A DNA stretch of 64,000 nucleotides, from assembly GCA_963766645.1 (NCBI GenBank), contig CAVYAY010000002.1, positions 1,318,529 through 1,382,528 on the forward strand, written 5' to 3'. Every line of letters begins with the position of its first letter. The first letter of the stretch is position 1. A program made the translations under genes and the position numbers. Below the pieces are notes generated by a model that ran no database searches, was not told the DNA's origin, and saw only the letters and a program-made list of their open reading frames with translations. Shown here piece by piece: positions 54,319 to 63,591 of this stretch. Source of the DNA: an uncultured Chloroflexia bacterium (GTDB taxonomy: Bacteria; Chloroflexota; Dehalococcoidia; DSTF01; WHTK01).

Positions 54319-55856
54319 TTAGCCGGTCATGCCGGGCTTTGCCGCCTCGATCGTCTTCATATCGTGCGAGATGGCGAGGTCCTTTAGCTGCTGCTTGAGC
54401 CAGTCGGAGGCCTGGTGGCTGTGGATCGCTTCTCGCAGGGCGCCGGCGCGCATCAGGCGCTCGTCGTGGTCCATGGTGAGCGCCGCGTACAGCGTGTCCG
54501 CCGTATCGACGATGTCGTAGGGGTTGACGCGGAGGGCGCCGGGCTGGAGCTCCTCCCAGGAGCCGGCGGTCTCCGAAAGGGCGAGGACGCCGTCGTTCTC
54601 GTTGAGCAACGGGCCTTCCTTGGAGACGAGGTTGAGCCCGTCGGCCAGGGAGTTGACCAGCAGCACGTCGTAGAGCGTCATTGCCGCGAGGGCGTGGGTG
54701 CGGTTGTTCTGGAGGAATACGGTGACAGGTTCCCAGGAGGGGGTGCCGTAGCGGCGGTTGATCGATTCGACCAGGGCTGTGACGCGGGACTGATACTCGG
54801 CGTACTCGGCGATGGAGCCGCGCGATGGGATGAGGAAGGCGAGGAAGCGCACCTTTTCGCGCAGCTCGGGGTGGCGGCGCAGCAGGAGGTCATAGGCCTC
54901 GAAACCGTCGGCGATGTTCTTGCTCGGGTCCATGCGGTCGACGCGGAGGATGGTCGCGACGTCCGGCGGGCCAACGAGCGACTGGCGGTAGTGCTGGAGC
55001 GTCGGGGACGCGCGCAGGGTGGCGATGTCCGACAGCGTCGATCGAGACCGGGTTGGCCCAGACGAAGGTCGTCTGGCCGAGGTACTCGACGGAGCCCTGA
55101 CGCTCCAGCACGATGGCGCGCTCACCGAGGTAGGCGCGGCAGGTAGCGAGGAAGTTCTCGACGCTGGATTCTGTCTGGAAAACAACGCTGTCATTGGCGA
55201 GCAGGCCGCTGCAGATGCGCCGCACGATCGACTCGGGCAGGATGATGCCAGGCGGCCGGGCCGGGCCACGGGATGTGGACGAAGTGCTGCAAGGCCGCCA
55301 TCGGCCGGGCGGCGCGAATCAGCCGCGGCGCGAGGTAGAGGTGGTAGTCGTGCAGCATGACCTGCGTGTCGCAGCCATCGTCCGGGATCTCTTCGATGAT
55401 GGCGTCGGCGAAAGCCTGGTTCACGGGCAGATAGCCGTCGTGCCAGGAGCTGCACGCTTCGTCTGCAACATCGCGGTTGGCGAGCATTTCGCCCAGCGAG
55501 TGCTGGATGAACCAGAGGATCGGGTTGCAGAAGGACTCGTAGTAAGGCTGGAAGGCGCCCTCCGGCAGGTCGAGCAGCTTGAGGCTGCTATCGGGGCCGA
55601 TCTTGACCTGCTGGCCGAGAATCGCTACGGCGCGGTCAGCCTCGCTACCGGCGGCGGCGATCCAGGTGACGGGCTGACGCCGGGCGACGGAGTTTAACGC
55701 CGTCGCGACGCCCCCAGCCGCGTCGCGACGGCGTATGCGACCGCTCTCGTCGAAGCAGTGTTCGACGGGTCCGCGGTTGCTTGCCATAATCAGGCGATTC
55801 GGGTTTTCGCCGTGGGAGATGGTGGGTGGGCTTGGTTTGTCGACCTGGGACAGCAT
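54319..55856 (-). CDS. otsA: trehalose-6-phosphate synthase-like GT20 glycosyltransferase, frameshifts near 55200 and 54990
   Basis: LIMASNRGPV, CNPILWFIQH, MLHDYHLYLAP, HFVHIPWP (ORF 55191-55856), SVVFQTESSVENF (ORF 54890-55225), RVDRMDPSKNI, LVNSLADGLNLVSKE and ALRVNPYD (ORF 54319-55455). Confidence 0.85.
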
Positions 55857-56002
55857 TTAGCGGGTCCTCCTGGCCTCGGCTCACGTGAGCTCCGGCGACT
55901 GTTGGAGCGGGCGGCCCGTCTACAGGGCCGTCCGGCTCCTCCAATGACTTAGGAGGAGGGTTCGGTTGCTGTGGAGGCGTCCCCGGCTGTCAAAAGCAAG
56001 GA

Positions 56003-56040
56003 GGAAAAAATAACAGCCGGAGGATGTCTCCCGGCTGTTG
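56003..56040 (-). terminator. intrinsic terminator (expression platform of the riboswitch)
   Basis: Minus strand AACAGCCGG-GAGACATCCT-CCGGCTGTT followed by ATTTTTTCC. Confidence 0.7.
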
Positions 56041-56054
56041 ACCGAAACCCATCC

Positions 56055-56182
56055 TCTTTCAGTGGCCTACGAGGTTAGCTGTCGGGTTAGGGCTGAAAGA
56101 GCTGCCCTGTCCTCTTGCGAGGACTTCACCCCTTTTTAGGTGGGTCCCCCGTTTCCCCGAAGGGAATTAGGCCTTAGGTACG
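56055..56182 (-). promoter_or_regulatory. ydaO/kimA-class c-di-AMP riboswitch aptamer
   Basis: Minus-strand RNA: GGCCUAAUUCCCUUCGGGGAAACGGGGGACCCA ... GGGGUGAAGUCC ... CCCUAACCCGACAGCUAACCUCGUAGGCC, with closing helix GGCCU/AGGCC. These blocks closely match the conserved cores of B. subtilis ydaO as I recall it (GCGGGGGACCCA, GGGGUGAAUCC, CCCGAACCCGUCAGCUAACCUCGUAAGC). Confidence 0.8.
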
Positions 56183-56187
56183 GACAT

Positions 56188-56216
56188 AAGATACCGGCTG
56201 TAGCACGGCTTGTCCA
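56188..56216 (-). promoter_or_regulatory. sigma70-like promoter for the riboswitch-otsA transcript
   Basis: Minus strand TGGACA (56216-56211), 17-nt spacer, TATCTT (56193-56188). The predicted start lies a few nt before the aptamer P1. Confidence 0.45.
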
Positions 56217-56382
56217 GCGGCTGGCAGTTTCAGGAATCTCTCAAAAGGACTCGATTTCGTCTCGAACAGGGGTCGAGTCGTGTAGTGTTCGCGAAGTCCC
56301 GATTTGACTGAGGGCACAGTTACCCGAAAAATAGCAACAAATTTCAGCCGAGGCGGCTTCAGTTTAAGGAAGAGATGCTTCG

Positions 56383-56670
56383 ATGAAGTCAAGCAAGAAC
56401 TGGAACCTCATGGCGACGCACGGCATCGTGCTGTTCTTTATCGCTGCCAATCCGGAGTCGACGATGCGTCAGATGTCGGAGGCCCTTAGCCTGACGGAAC
56501 GCCGCATCGCGCAGGTGGTGCGCGACCTGGCGGATGCGGACCTGCTCCAGGTCACGCGCAACGGCAGGCGCAACTCCTACTCGGTGAACCCAAACGCGGG
56601 GTTCCGCCACCCAACGCTGTCGCACATCACGCTGGGCAAATTCGTCGAGGTCCTTAGCGGCACTCTGTAG
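56383..56670 (+). CDS. small winged-helix (ArsR/MarR-like) transcriptional regulator
   Basis: 95 aa. STMRQMSEALSLTERRIAQVVRDLADADLLQVTRNGRRNSY is an HTH plus wing. It is divergent from the riboswitch-otsA unit. Confidence 0.6.
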   Translation: MKSSKNWNLMATHGIVLFFIAANPESTMRQMSEALSLTERRIAQVVRDLADADLLQVTRNGRRNSYSVNPNAGFRHPTLSHITLGKFVEVLSGTL

Positions 56671-57697
56671 CAGCCGGGCTCAGACCTCTTGTGGCGCTTC
56701 GCTGTCGCCGTCCTGTCGCCGACGCTGCCGTGTTCTGAGGCGGCGCTGCCGTTTGTGGCGGCCTCAAGACCAAATTGCGCGCCTGGTGCAGGATTCGCTC
56801 TTTGGCGGTAAGGGTGGGGCCCTGCGATTGCGACGGCGTCTCATAGCTGCCGGAAAGTGCCTCGGGCACTAGGGACGTGACCTCCGCGCCGAGCAGCATG
56901 GTGTTGGCGCTGAGGAAGACCCAGAACAGAAACGCGACAACGGCACCCAGCGAACCGAAGACGACATCGTAATTGCCGAGGTTTTCGAGGTAGACGTTGA
57001 AGCCGATCTTGACGATTTCGAACAGGACAGCGGCAACCAGTGCGCCGGGGACGATGTAGCGTGGCGGCTGCCGGCGCGCCGGCACGAGCCAGTAGACCAG
57101 GAAGAACGCGACAAAGGAGATCAGCACCGGTAGCAGGAAGGAAGCGACGTCCCAGCCGAAGCCCAACTGTTGGGCTGCAGGGCCGAAGACGGGTACGTCT
57201 TCGCTGGCGCGCTTGGCGATGCGTAGCGTGCTGGTGGCGGCGATTGAGAGCACGAAGAACGGCGTGAACGAGAGGACGATGCCGATATCGAAGAGCTTCT
57301 GGATCAGCAGCGGCCGCCGCTGCTCGACCTTGAAGACGACGTTCAGAGAGCTGCGCAGAACGCCGAAAAGAGCGCTGCCAGACCATGCCATGCCGATGAG
57401 CCCGATGATGCCGATGGCGCCGCCCTGATCGCTTGCCACGTTCCGCAGAGCTTCCGAGACGTTGGCGCGGCCCTCGTCCTGGCTCAGCGGGATGTTCTTC
57501 ATGATCTGGTCGACGATGTCCTGCTGCAGCGATTGGTCTCGTAGAAAGAAGCTGATGATGCCGACCGAGAGGATCATCAGCGGGAAGAGCGAGAACAGGA
57601 CGTAGTAGGACAGCGCGGCGGCGCGCTGGCTGCAGCTGTCTTCGAAGAAGGCCTTGACAGATCGGAAGGCGAGAATTCGAAGTCGCCTGAGCAGCAT
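56654..57697 (-). CDS. YihY/BrkB family membrane protein
   Basis: AAALSYYVLFSLFPLMILSV, six TM helices, YGSLGAVVAFLFWVFLSANTMLLGAE. Confidence 0.85.
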   Translation of the reverse strand: MLLRRLRILAFRSVKAFFEDSCSQRAAALSYYVLFSLFPLMILSVGIISFFLRDQSLQQDIVDQIMKNIPLSQDEGRANVSEALRNVASDQGGAIGIIGLIGMAWSGSALFGVLRSSLNVVFKVEQRRPLLIQKLFDIGIVLSFTPFFVLSIAATSTLRIAKRASEDVPVFGPAAQQLGFGWDVASFLLPVLISFVAFFLVYWLVPARRQPPRYIVPGALVAAVLFEIVKIGFNVYLENLGNYDVVFGSLGAVVAFLFWVFLSANTMLLGAEVTSLVPEALSGSYETPSQSQGPTLTAKERILHQARNLVLRPPQTAAPPQNTAASATGRRQRSATRGLSPAATECR

Positions 57698-57726
57698 CGA
57701 TCAAGGCTATCACGGGGCGTCCTGCG

Positions 57727-58368
57727 TCAGGCGGTCGATTCGATCCCGGTCATGACCATAGAGACGGCGGTGTCGACGTCGATGTCGTCCGTGTTGAGTG
57801 TCATGTCGTAGTGAGACGAGTCGAGCCAATCGATGTTGTAGATGTGCTTGAAGAAGTCGATGCGCTGGTGGTCGGAGTTCTTGACTGAGGCGGCGGCATC
57901 CTTCTCGTTGAGGCTCTGCTCTTCCGCGATCCGGCGGGCGCGGCGCTCCCCGGAACCGGAGACGAGCACCTTGAAGACGGCGGGTGCATTCTGGAGGACG
58001 GCCTGGCCGGCGTGGCCAACGATGACGCAGCCGCCGCGCCCGGCCAGGTTGGTTAGGACCTGCTCGATGATGGCACGGTAATCGGAGGACGTCATCATCA
58101 TGGTCGAGGGGCTGGTCGAGGGCGGGGCCGGCATGACGCCCTCGGAGACTACCGTGGTCATAGCGAGGCGTTCGAGCATGCGCTCAATAAAGGTGGGCCA
58201 GCGCTCGGCGGCGGCGACGGTGTCCGGCGAGACGCCGGCGATCGAGGCGGCTTCCGAGACGATTTCGTTGTCGTAGTAAGTGAAGCCCAGCTTCTGGCTG
58301 ACGAGTTGTGCGATGCGATGGCCGTCAGAGCCCTGTTGAACGGAGAACGTGACCACATTGACCGGCAT
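57727..58368 (-). CDS. cytidylate kinase-like family protein (PF13189-like)
   Basis: VVTFSVQQGSDGHRIAQLVSQKLGFTYYDNEIV, CVIVGHAG..VL, RRIAEEQSL and DSSHYDMTLNT. The canonical P-loop is degenerate, as in that family. Confidence 0.6.
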   Translation of the reverse strand: MPVNVVTFSVQQGSDGHRIAQLVSQKLGFTYYDNEIVSEAASIAGVSPDTVAAAERWPTFIERMLERLAMTTVVSEGVMPAPPSTSPSTMMMTSSDYRAIIEQVLTNLAGRGGCVIVGHAGQAVLQNAPAVFKVLVSGSGERRARRIAEEQSLNEKDAAASVKNSDHQRIDFFKHIYNIDWLDSSHYDMTLNTDDIDVDTAVSMVMTGIESTA

Positions 58369-58511
58369 CTTGCCCTCCTCGCAGCGCCGAGCACTGCTTG
58401 CTCCCCCGCTGTGCAGCAACTTATAGGCCATCCACTGGTTTCTGGCAATCAAACTGCACCTGACGTAAAGAGCACAAACCGGTCGAGACTCTTACAATTG
58501 CGTTGCTTGCC

Positions 58512-59924
58512 ATGCCTCGGACTCGAAGAGCCGGCCTGATCCTTGTCTCTAACCGCCTGCCGGTGACGGTGCGGCAGGACGGCGGCGTGATGTCGCTGCA
58601 GCAGTCGGGCGGCGGTCTGGCGACGGGGCTGCGAGGCGCGCGGGAGAAGCGCGGCGGCGTCTGGATCGGCTGGCCGGGCGACGTGCCAGGCACGCAGAAC
58701 CGCGCGGCCGTGGACAGCCAGCTGGAGGAGATTTCAGCGGTGGCGGTTTACCTGACGCGCCGCGAGCAGAAGGCGTTTTACGAGGACTTCTCCAACGCGG
58801 CGATCTGGCCGGTGTTCCACGACCTGATCGAACAGCTGCCGCAGGACATCTTGGGGTGGGACACCTACCAAGAGGTCAACCGAAGTTCGCCGATGCGATC
58901 CTGGCCAACTACCACGAGGGCGACATCATTTGGGTCAACGACTACCACCTGATGCTGGTTCCCCAGATGGTCCGCCAAGCGCTGCCGAAAGCGCTGGTCG
59001 GTTTCTTTCTGCACATCCCGTTCCCGCCGCCGGAGGTCTTCCGGGTGCTACCGCCGCGACAGGAATTGCTGACCGGGCTCCTGGGCGCCGACCTGATCGG
59101 GTTCCACACGCGGACGTATGCCGACAGCTTCCTGGCCGCCGCCGGACCGCTGCTTGGGAGTGAGGACGACTTCAACGGGCCTGCGCGTCGGCCGGCGCAA
59201 CATCCGCGTAGGCGCCTTCCCTATGGGCATCGACGCCGAAGCGTGGCAGACGCGGGCTCGCAGCACGGCCGTGGCGAAAGAAGTGCTGGCGCTGATGCAG
59301 GACGCCGGGCAAACGGAAGATCGTCCTCGGGCATCGACCGCATGGACTACACGAAGGGCCTGCCGCGACGGATCCACGCGATCGAGCGGCTGCTGCAGTC
59401 GGACCCTTCGCTGGCCAACAAGATGCGCTTCATCCAGGTGGCGTTCCCGTCGCGGGAGCGCATCGAGTCGTACGCGGGCTTGCGGCGGCAGCTGAACGAG
59501 GCGGTGGGTCGGATAAACGCGACGTTCGGCAGTCCGCGGTCGCTGCCGGTGCACCTGGTGCAGCGATCGTTCTCGGACGACGAGGTCTCGGCGTTGTACT
59601 CGGCGGCGGACGTGATGATGGTGACGCCGTTGCGCGACGGTATGAACCTGGTCGCGAAGGAGTACGTCGCGTCGCGCTTGCACAGCGACGGGGTCCTGGT
59701 GCTGAGCGAGTTCGCGGGCGCTGCCGACGAGCTGAAGGATGCGATCCTTGTCAACCCGTACAACACCGAGTCCGTCATGGACGCGATCAAAGCGGCGATT
59801 GACATGCCCCTGAGCGAGCAGGTGGCGCGGATGACGCAGCTGAGCGAAGAACGTCCTCAAGAAAGACATCCACTACTGGACGAAGACCTTCCTCAACGAG
59901 CTGACGCGGGCGGCCGAGCGCTAG
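58512..59924 (+). CDS. otsA: trehalose-6-phosphate synthase (GT20), several frameshifts
   Basis: LILVSNRLPV, GGGLATGL, FSNAAIWPVFH, IWVNDYHLMLVP, GFFLHIPFP, GIDRMDYTKG, VTPLRDGMNLVAKEY, SEFAGAA and ILVNPYN. The C-terminus ..DIHYWTKTFLNEL.. is in a third frame and ends at TAG 59922-59924. Confidence 0.85.
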
Positions 59925-61319
59925 GCCCAGTCTTCGTCGCGAGATTCCACTCCCGTGGTTTCGGGAGGGTCTCAGGTACCGGTCCCGGTTCGACACGCGG
60001 CCGGCGCGTCGCCGCCATGCCGCCACGCTGCCAGGCGATGAGCGCGATAGCCGTGAGGCTGACGCCGATGAGGATCAGCACGGCCCGGACCGGCAGGATG
60101 TCCAGCATGATGCCGGCGAGGAAGGTCGGTACGAGCGCGCCGATGCTGCCAGCGGCCGACTGCGTGGCGAAGACCTGCGCCACGAGGTTGGAAGGCACGC
60201 GGTGGTAGACCTCGGTTCGCGCGGCGACCTGGACGAAGCTCGAGCCGAGGCCGGCGATCGGCAGCAGGAAGATGGTGGCGACGATGGCGTCGGAGAGATT
60301 GAGCCAGTTCGTGAAGTCGTCGATCGGGCCGAAGGCGCCGGAGATCTGCGGCGCGAAGCCATCGACGAAGGGCAGCGCCAGCAGCACCGACGTGAAGCAG
60401 ACGAAGCCGGCCAGCGAGAGGCTGCGCGCGTTGACGAAGGTCAGCAGCATCGGCGCGGTGACGAGTCCGAGCGCCAGTCCCAGGGCGCCCGGGATAGCGA
60501 TGTAGATCGCGTTCTGGGCGCCGGTGTGCAGCGTGTCTTCGATGAAGACCGGCGCCACGACGACGAACATCAGCATCCCCGTATCGAGGAGGACGCGCAT
60601 CAGAGTGATCGAGGTGAGGCGGGGGTCGGCGGCGATGGTGTGGATAGCCGGCAGGCATCGACTTCCACCAGGCCAGCCGCTCGCGTCGCGGCGTTCGCCG
60701 TCGCGGAGACTGAGATCCGGAATCGAGGCAAAGATCAGCGTGCTGAGTGGCGAGACAGACGAGGACGATGACGTAGAGACCATCCTGATTGCAGGAGCTT
60801 CACCGCGAGGGGCGCGACGATGCCCGCGCCGATCAGCTGCGCCACCAGCGAGAGCGCCTGCAGGAAGGACGTGGCGTGGGCGAGCCGCTCACGCGGCACG
60901 ATCGCGAGCACGGCGGCGCTTTCGGCGGGTGAGAAGAACTGGTAGGCGGTCCAGACCAGGAACGTCAGGCCGATGACGGCATCGACGCCGGGGTTGAAGT
61001 TGATGAACCAGTAGACGACAAGCATCCGCAGGAGCAGGGAAAGGAGCAGGACGAGCTTTCTCGGCAGCAAGTCGGCGGCGAGGCCGCCGGGCAGGCTGAG
61101 GACGATTGACGGGACGACGGACGCGAGCACGAAGGCGCTCGTCGCGACGGACGATTCCTGCCGACTGATCACGGCGATGAACAGTCCGTAGATCAGGGCG
61201 TTCTGGCCGAGCAGCGACAGGAACTTGGCGTAGCAGTACCGGACGAAGCGATGGTCGGCGAAGAGGCCAAGGCCATCTTGCAACGGCGCTGAGTCCGGCG
61301 GGGGAGACGTCTCGCTCAC
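59893..61319 (-). CDS. MFS transporter, frameshift near 60760
   Basis: Twelve hydrophobic segments are split between ORFs 60735-61319 and 59893-60783. GGLAADLLPRK in loop 2-3 is MFS-like. The 3' end overlaps the convergent otsA paralogue. Confidence 0.7.
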
Positions 61320-61849
61320 ATGAGCAGCTTACGCAGTCTTGCCCTGGCTGCGGGAGTATTTCTGAGCACAAATGGTTGCTTCTGTTCGCTGGTCTGCCGC
61401 CGGTAGGCCAGAGAGCGATGCAGCCGCTCACTAGGAGCGTTGCCTTCCGACACGTAGGCGTAAAGGGTCGGGACCTTGAGGACGTCAAACGCGAAGTAGG
61501 CACAGATAGCGACCCCTTCGCGTCCCAAGCCGCGGCCGCGATAAGCCGGGGCGACGAGCAGGTCGATACGGGCGCTCCCGGGATGGGGGCCGTTCAAGCT
61601 AAGCACGAACTCGCCGACACGGCGGTTGCCGAGCATGGCGATGAAGATCCAGCCGCTGGTGCTGATGGCGCGGTAGATGAGCTCGATCTCTCCGGCCGTG
61701 TATGGGCGGTAGGGCTTATCGCGTCGCTCGGCGTCGGCGAAACGCAGCGATACGGGGTCGTTGCTCCACTCGACTGCCGCGTCGATGTCGTCGTGACGCC
61801 AGGGGCGCAGTCGAAGGCGCGGGCCTCGGAGGACGAGTCGCGACTGCAT
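61316..61849 (-). CDS. GNAT family N-acetyltransferase (RimJ/RimL-like)
   Basis: LRLRPWRHDDIDAAVEWSNDP, the acetyl-CoA motif APAYRGRGLGREG, and YAYVSEGNAPSERL. Confidence 0.75.
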   Translation of the reverse strand: MQSRLVLRGPRLRLRPWRHDDIDAAVEWSNDPVSLRFADAERRDKPYRPYTAGEIELIYRAISTSGWIFIAMLGNRRVGEFVLSLNGPHPGSARIDLLVAPAYRGRGLGREGVAICAYFAFDVLKVPTLYAYVSEGNAPSERLHRSLAYRRQTSEQKQPFVLRNTPAARARLRKLLM

Positions 61850-62202
61850 CAGGAGGATTCGAGGGCGCCGGCGGCTTTGAGCTGCGTTTTGTTGGCGAGG
61901 CGGCGCCAGCACTGCTCCAGCAAGTCGCGCAGCGTGTCCTCATCGACGATGGAGAGGTGGACAAGGACCGCGTCGTAGCCGTCGTAGTGTGGTGTCTTGA
62001 AGAAGACATCAGGGCGGGTCTCCATGAGGAAGTGCTGCTCGATATCCTCGATCGGTTTGAGAACGAGGACTTCGCCATCTTGCCAGAGGCGAGCCATCAG
62101 GCGGCGGCCGACGTGCAACGCGGGCGTGCTGTAAGACGTGCCGATGGTGACGCCCGGGAGGTGAGTGGCGAGGCGTGTTACGTCGTCGAAGCTGAGGCGC
62201 AT
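61849..62202 (-). CDS. MmcQ/YjbR family protein
   Basis: LPGVT.G.SY.TPALHVGRRLMARL, VLVLK, F..PHYDGYDAVLVHL and LRDLLEQCWR fit the YjbR-like fold pattern. Confidence 0.6.
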   Translation of the reverse strand: MRLSFDDVTRLATHLPGVTIGTSYSTPALHVGRRLMARLWQDGEVLVLKPIEDIEQHFLMETRPDVFFKTPHYDGYDAVLVHLSIVDEDTLRDLLEQCWRRLANKTQLKAAGALESS

Positions 62203-62333
62203 GGGCGTATTTTAGAGAAACTAGGATGCTCTCCGTTTGACTGAACCTTCCCACTGCGGAAGGCACAAATGCGGCAACCGACGCCTCGGGCAATCGCCAA
62301 CGCGCGGCCGGGTCCGGCGACTGCGAGCCCTGG

Positions 62334-62801
62334 CTAGTCCCCGACCTTGAACGGGATAGACGTGACGACTGCGCCGTCTTCCAGCAAGCGAACCTCGTAG
62401 CTGCCTTCGGGCAAGGGCCCACCGTTCTCGAGTTTCAAGAACCAAGCCGCGTCACCGGATTTGTTACCCACGACTTCGCCTTGCTCAAGGACCTGTTCCC
62501 CATCCTGATACCAGACGTTGTCGATCCGGAGTGTTTCGTCTGCCCCTGACCAGCGGTACCAGACCAGCACCCGGTCAGTACCTGCCGGGAACTGTGTCCC
62601 GGTCTGCTCTGGATCGAAGGTATCGTCGCTGCTCGTCCCCAAGCTCACGGCCTTGATCGCCGCGCTAGACGACGCCGGTGCGTATTGATCAAGGGCGGCG
62701 GCATCCCCTGCCGAATTCGAGGTCGAAGAACACGCCAGAGCGATCATCGACACAACTATTGCCACCACAAGGCTCAGCACGGGAGTCCTGCGCTTCGTCA
62801 T
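62334..62801 (-). CDS. secreted lipoprotein, unknown function
   Basis: Lipobox MIALAC-SS. The mature domain is beta-rich (VLVWYRW..IDNVWYQDGE..YEVRLLEDG). Confidence 0.5.
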   Translation of the reverse strand: MTKRRTPVLSLVVAIVVSMIALACSSTSNSAGDAAALDQYAPASSSAAIKAVSLGTSSDDTFDPEQTGTQFPAGTDRVLVWYRWSGADETLRIDNVWYQDGEQVLEQGEVVGNKSGDAAWFLKLENGGPLPEGSYEVRLLEDGAVVTSIPFKVGD

Positions 62802-62932
62802 TCGCCCCTCCTGTGGGCTGGGAGTGATCCATCGTCCGGGGAGCCTATTAGACGCCTGCGGCATACCACTGTCAAAGAATCGAGGGACGTTGAAAACAGG
62901 ACGAGGACGCCCAGCCTGGCAAGGCGTCTGAG

Positions 62933-63520
62933 CTACTCGATCGAGTTGAGGACGTTGTAGAGGTCCGGGAGGCCGAAGTCGTCCGTGACGCGGGCTTCGG
63001 CGTAGAAGCTGTAGCCGACCGCCTCCCACTGCAGGATGAAGAGGCTCTTGTCGTTGCCCTGGATGAGATTCGCCTGGCTGCCCATGATTTTGACCTGGTC
63101 GATGATGCCGTAAGCGACCGGGTCTATGTGGTAGGGAGATACCTCGATACGGAGGTCCGCAGCCCGGTTGTCCGGCCGTAGATAATCGAACGTCACAGAC
63201 GCAAAGCCGAGTCCGCGGCCGACGTCAGCGGCGGGGCCGGAACGAGAGGCGCTGATGTGCTCCATAGCCCAGCCGGGCGTCGAGCGAGGGTAGGCTACTT
63301 CATGGCAGATGAACGTTTCGGCCTCGATGATGGTCTCGAAGCTGTCGTTGACCGGAAGGTAGCTATCCGTAGTGGTTGGTGCGTTACTCACGCCGCAGAA
63401 GGCTGCAGGCTCGGCGGAGGAGCCACCACTTGCAAGCAGCAGAGTGACCAGGGCAACCACCGTAGAAGCTGCGATCGCGTTGAACGACCAGAGATAGATC
63501 AGCTTGGAGCGTCGGCTCAT
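62933..63520 (-). CDS. membrane-anchored/secreted protein, paralogue of the next gene (DUF4367-like?)
   Basis: It has an N-terminal TM segment and shares EAETFICHEVAYPRSTPGW, LIQGN..ILQWE and the ending DFGLPDLYNVLNSIE with 63592-64000. Confidence 0.5.
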   Translation of the reverse strand: MSRRSKLIYLWSFNAIAASTVVALVTLLLASGGSSAEPAAFCGVSNAPTTTDSYLPVNDSFETIIEAETFICHEVAYPRSTPGWAMEHISASRSGPAADVGRGLGFASVTFDYLRPDNRAADLRIEVSPYHIDPVAYGIIDQVKIMGSQANLIQGNDKSLFILQWEAVGYSFYAEARVTDDFGLPDLYNVLNSIE

Positions 63521-63591
63521 ACGCGGCAGCCCATATCTATATATCGGCGTTTCTGCGGGGTCTCATCCGGGTAGACCCCTAGTGTATTGGT

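Noticed and set aside
55860-55990. Second regulatory element between the terminator and the otsA start (hairpin CUCCUCC-N9-GGAGGAG that could mask a Shine-Dalgarno-like sequence).
   Set aside because: The pairing is short. The GGAGGAG it sequesters is about 90 nt from the ATG, and the actual ribosome-binding site (CAGGAGGA at about 55866-55873) is not obviously occluded. This is insufficient for a separate claim.
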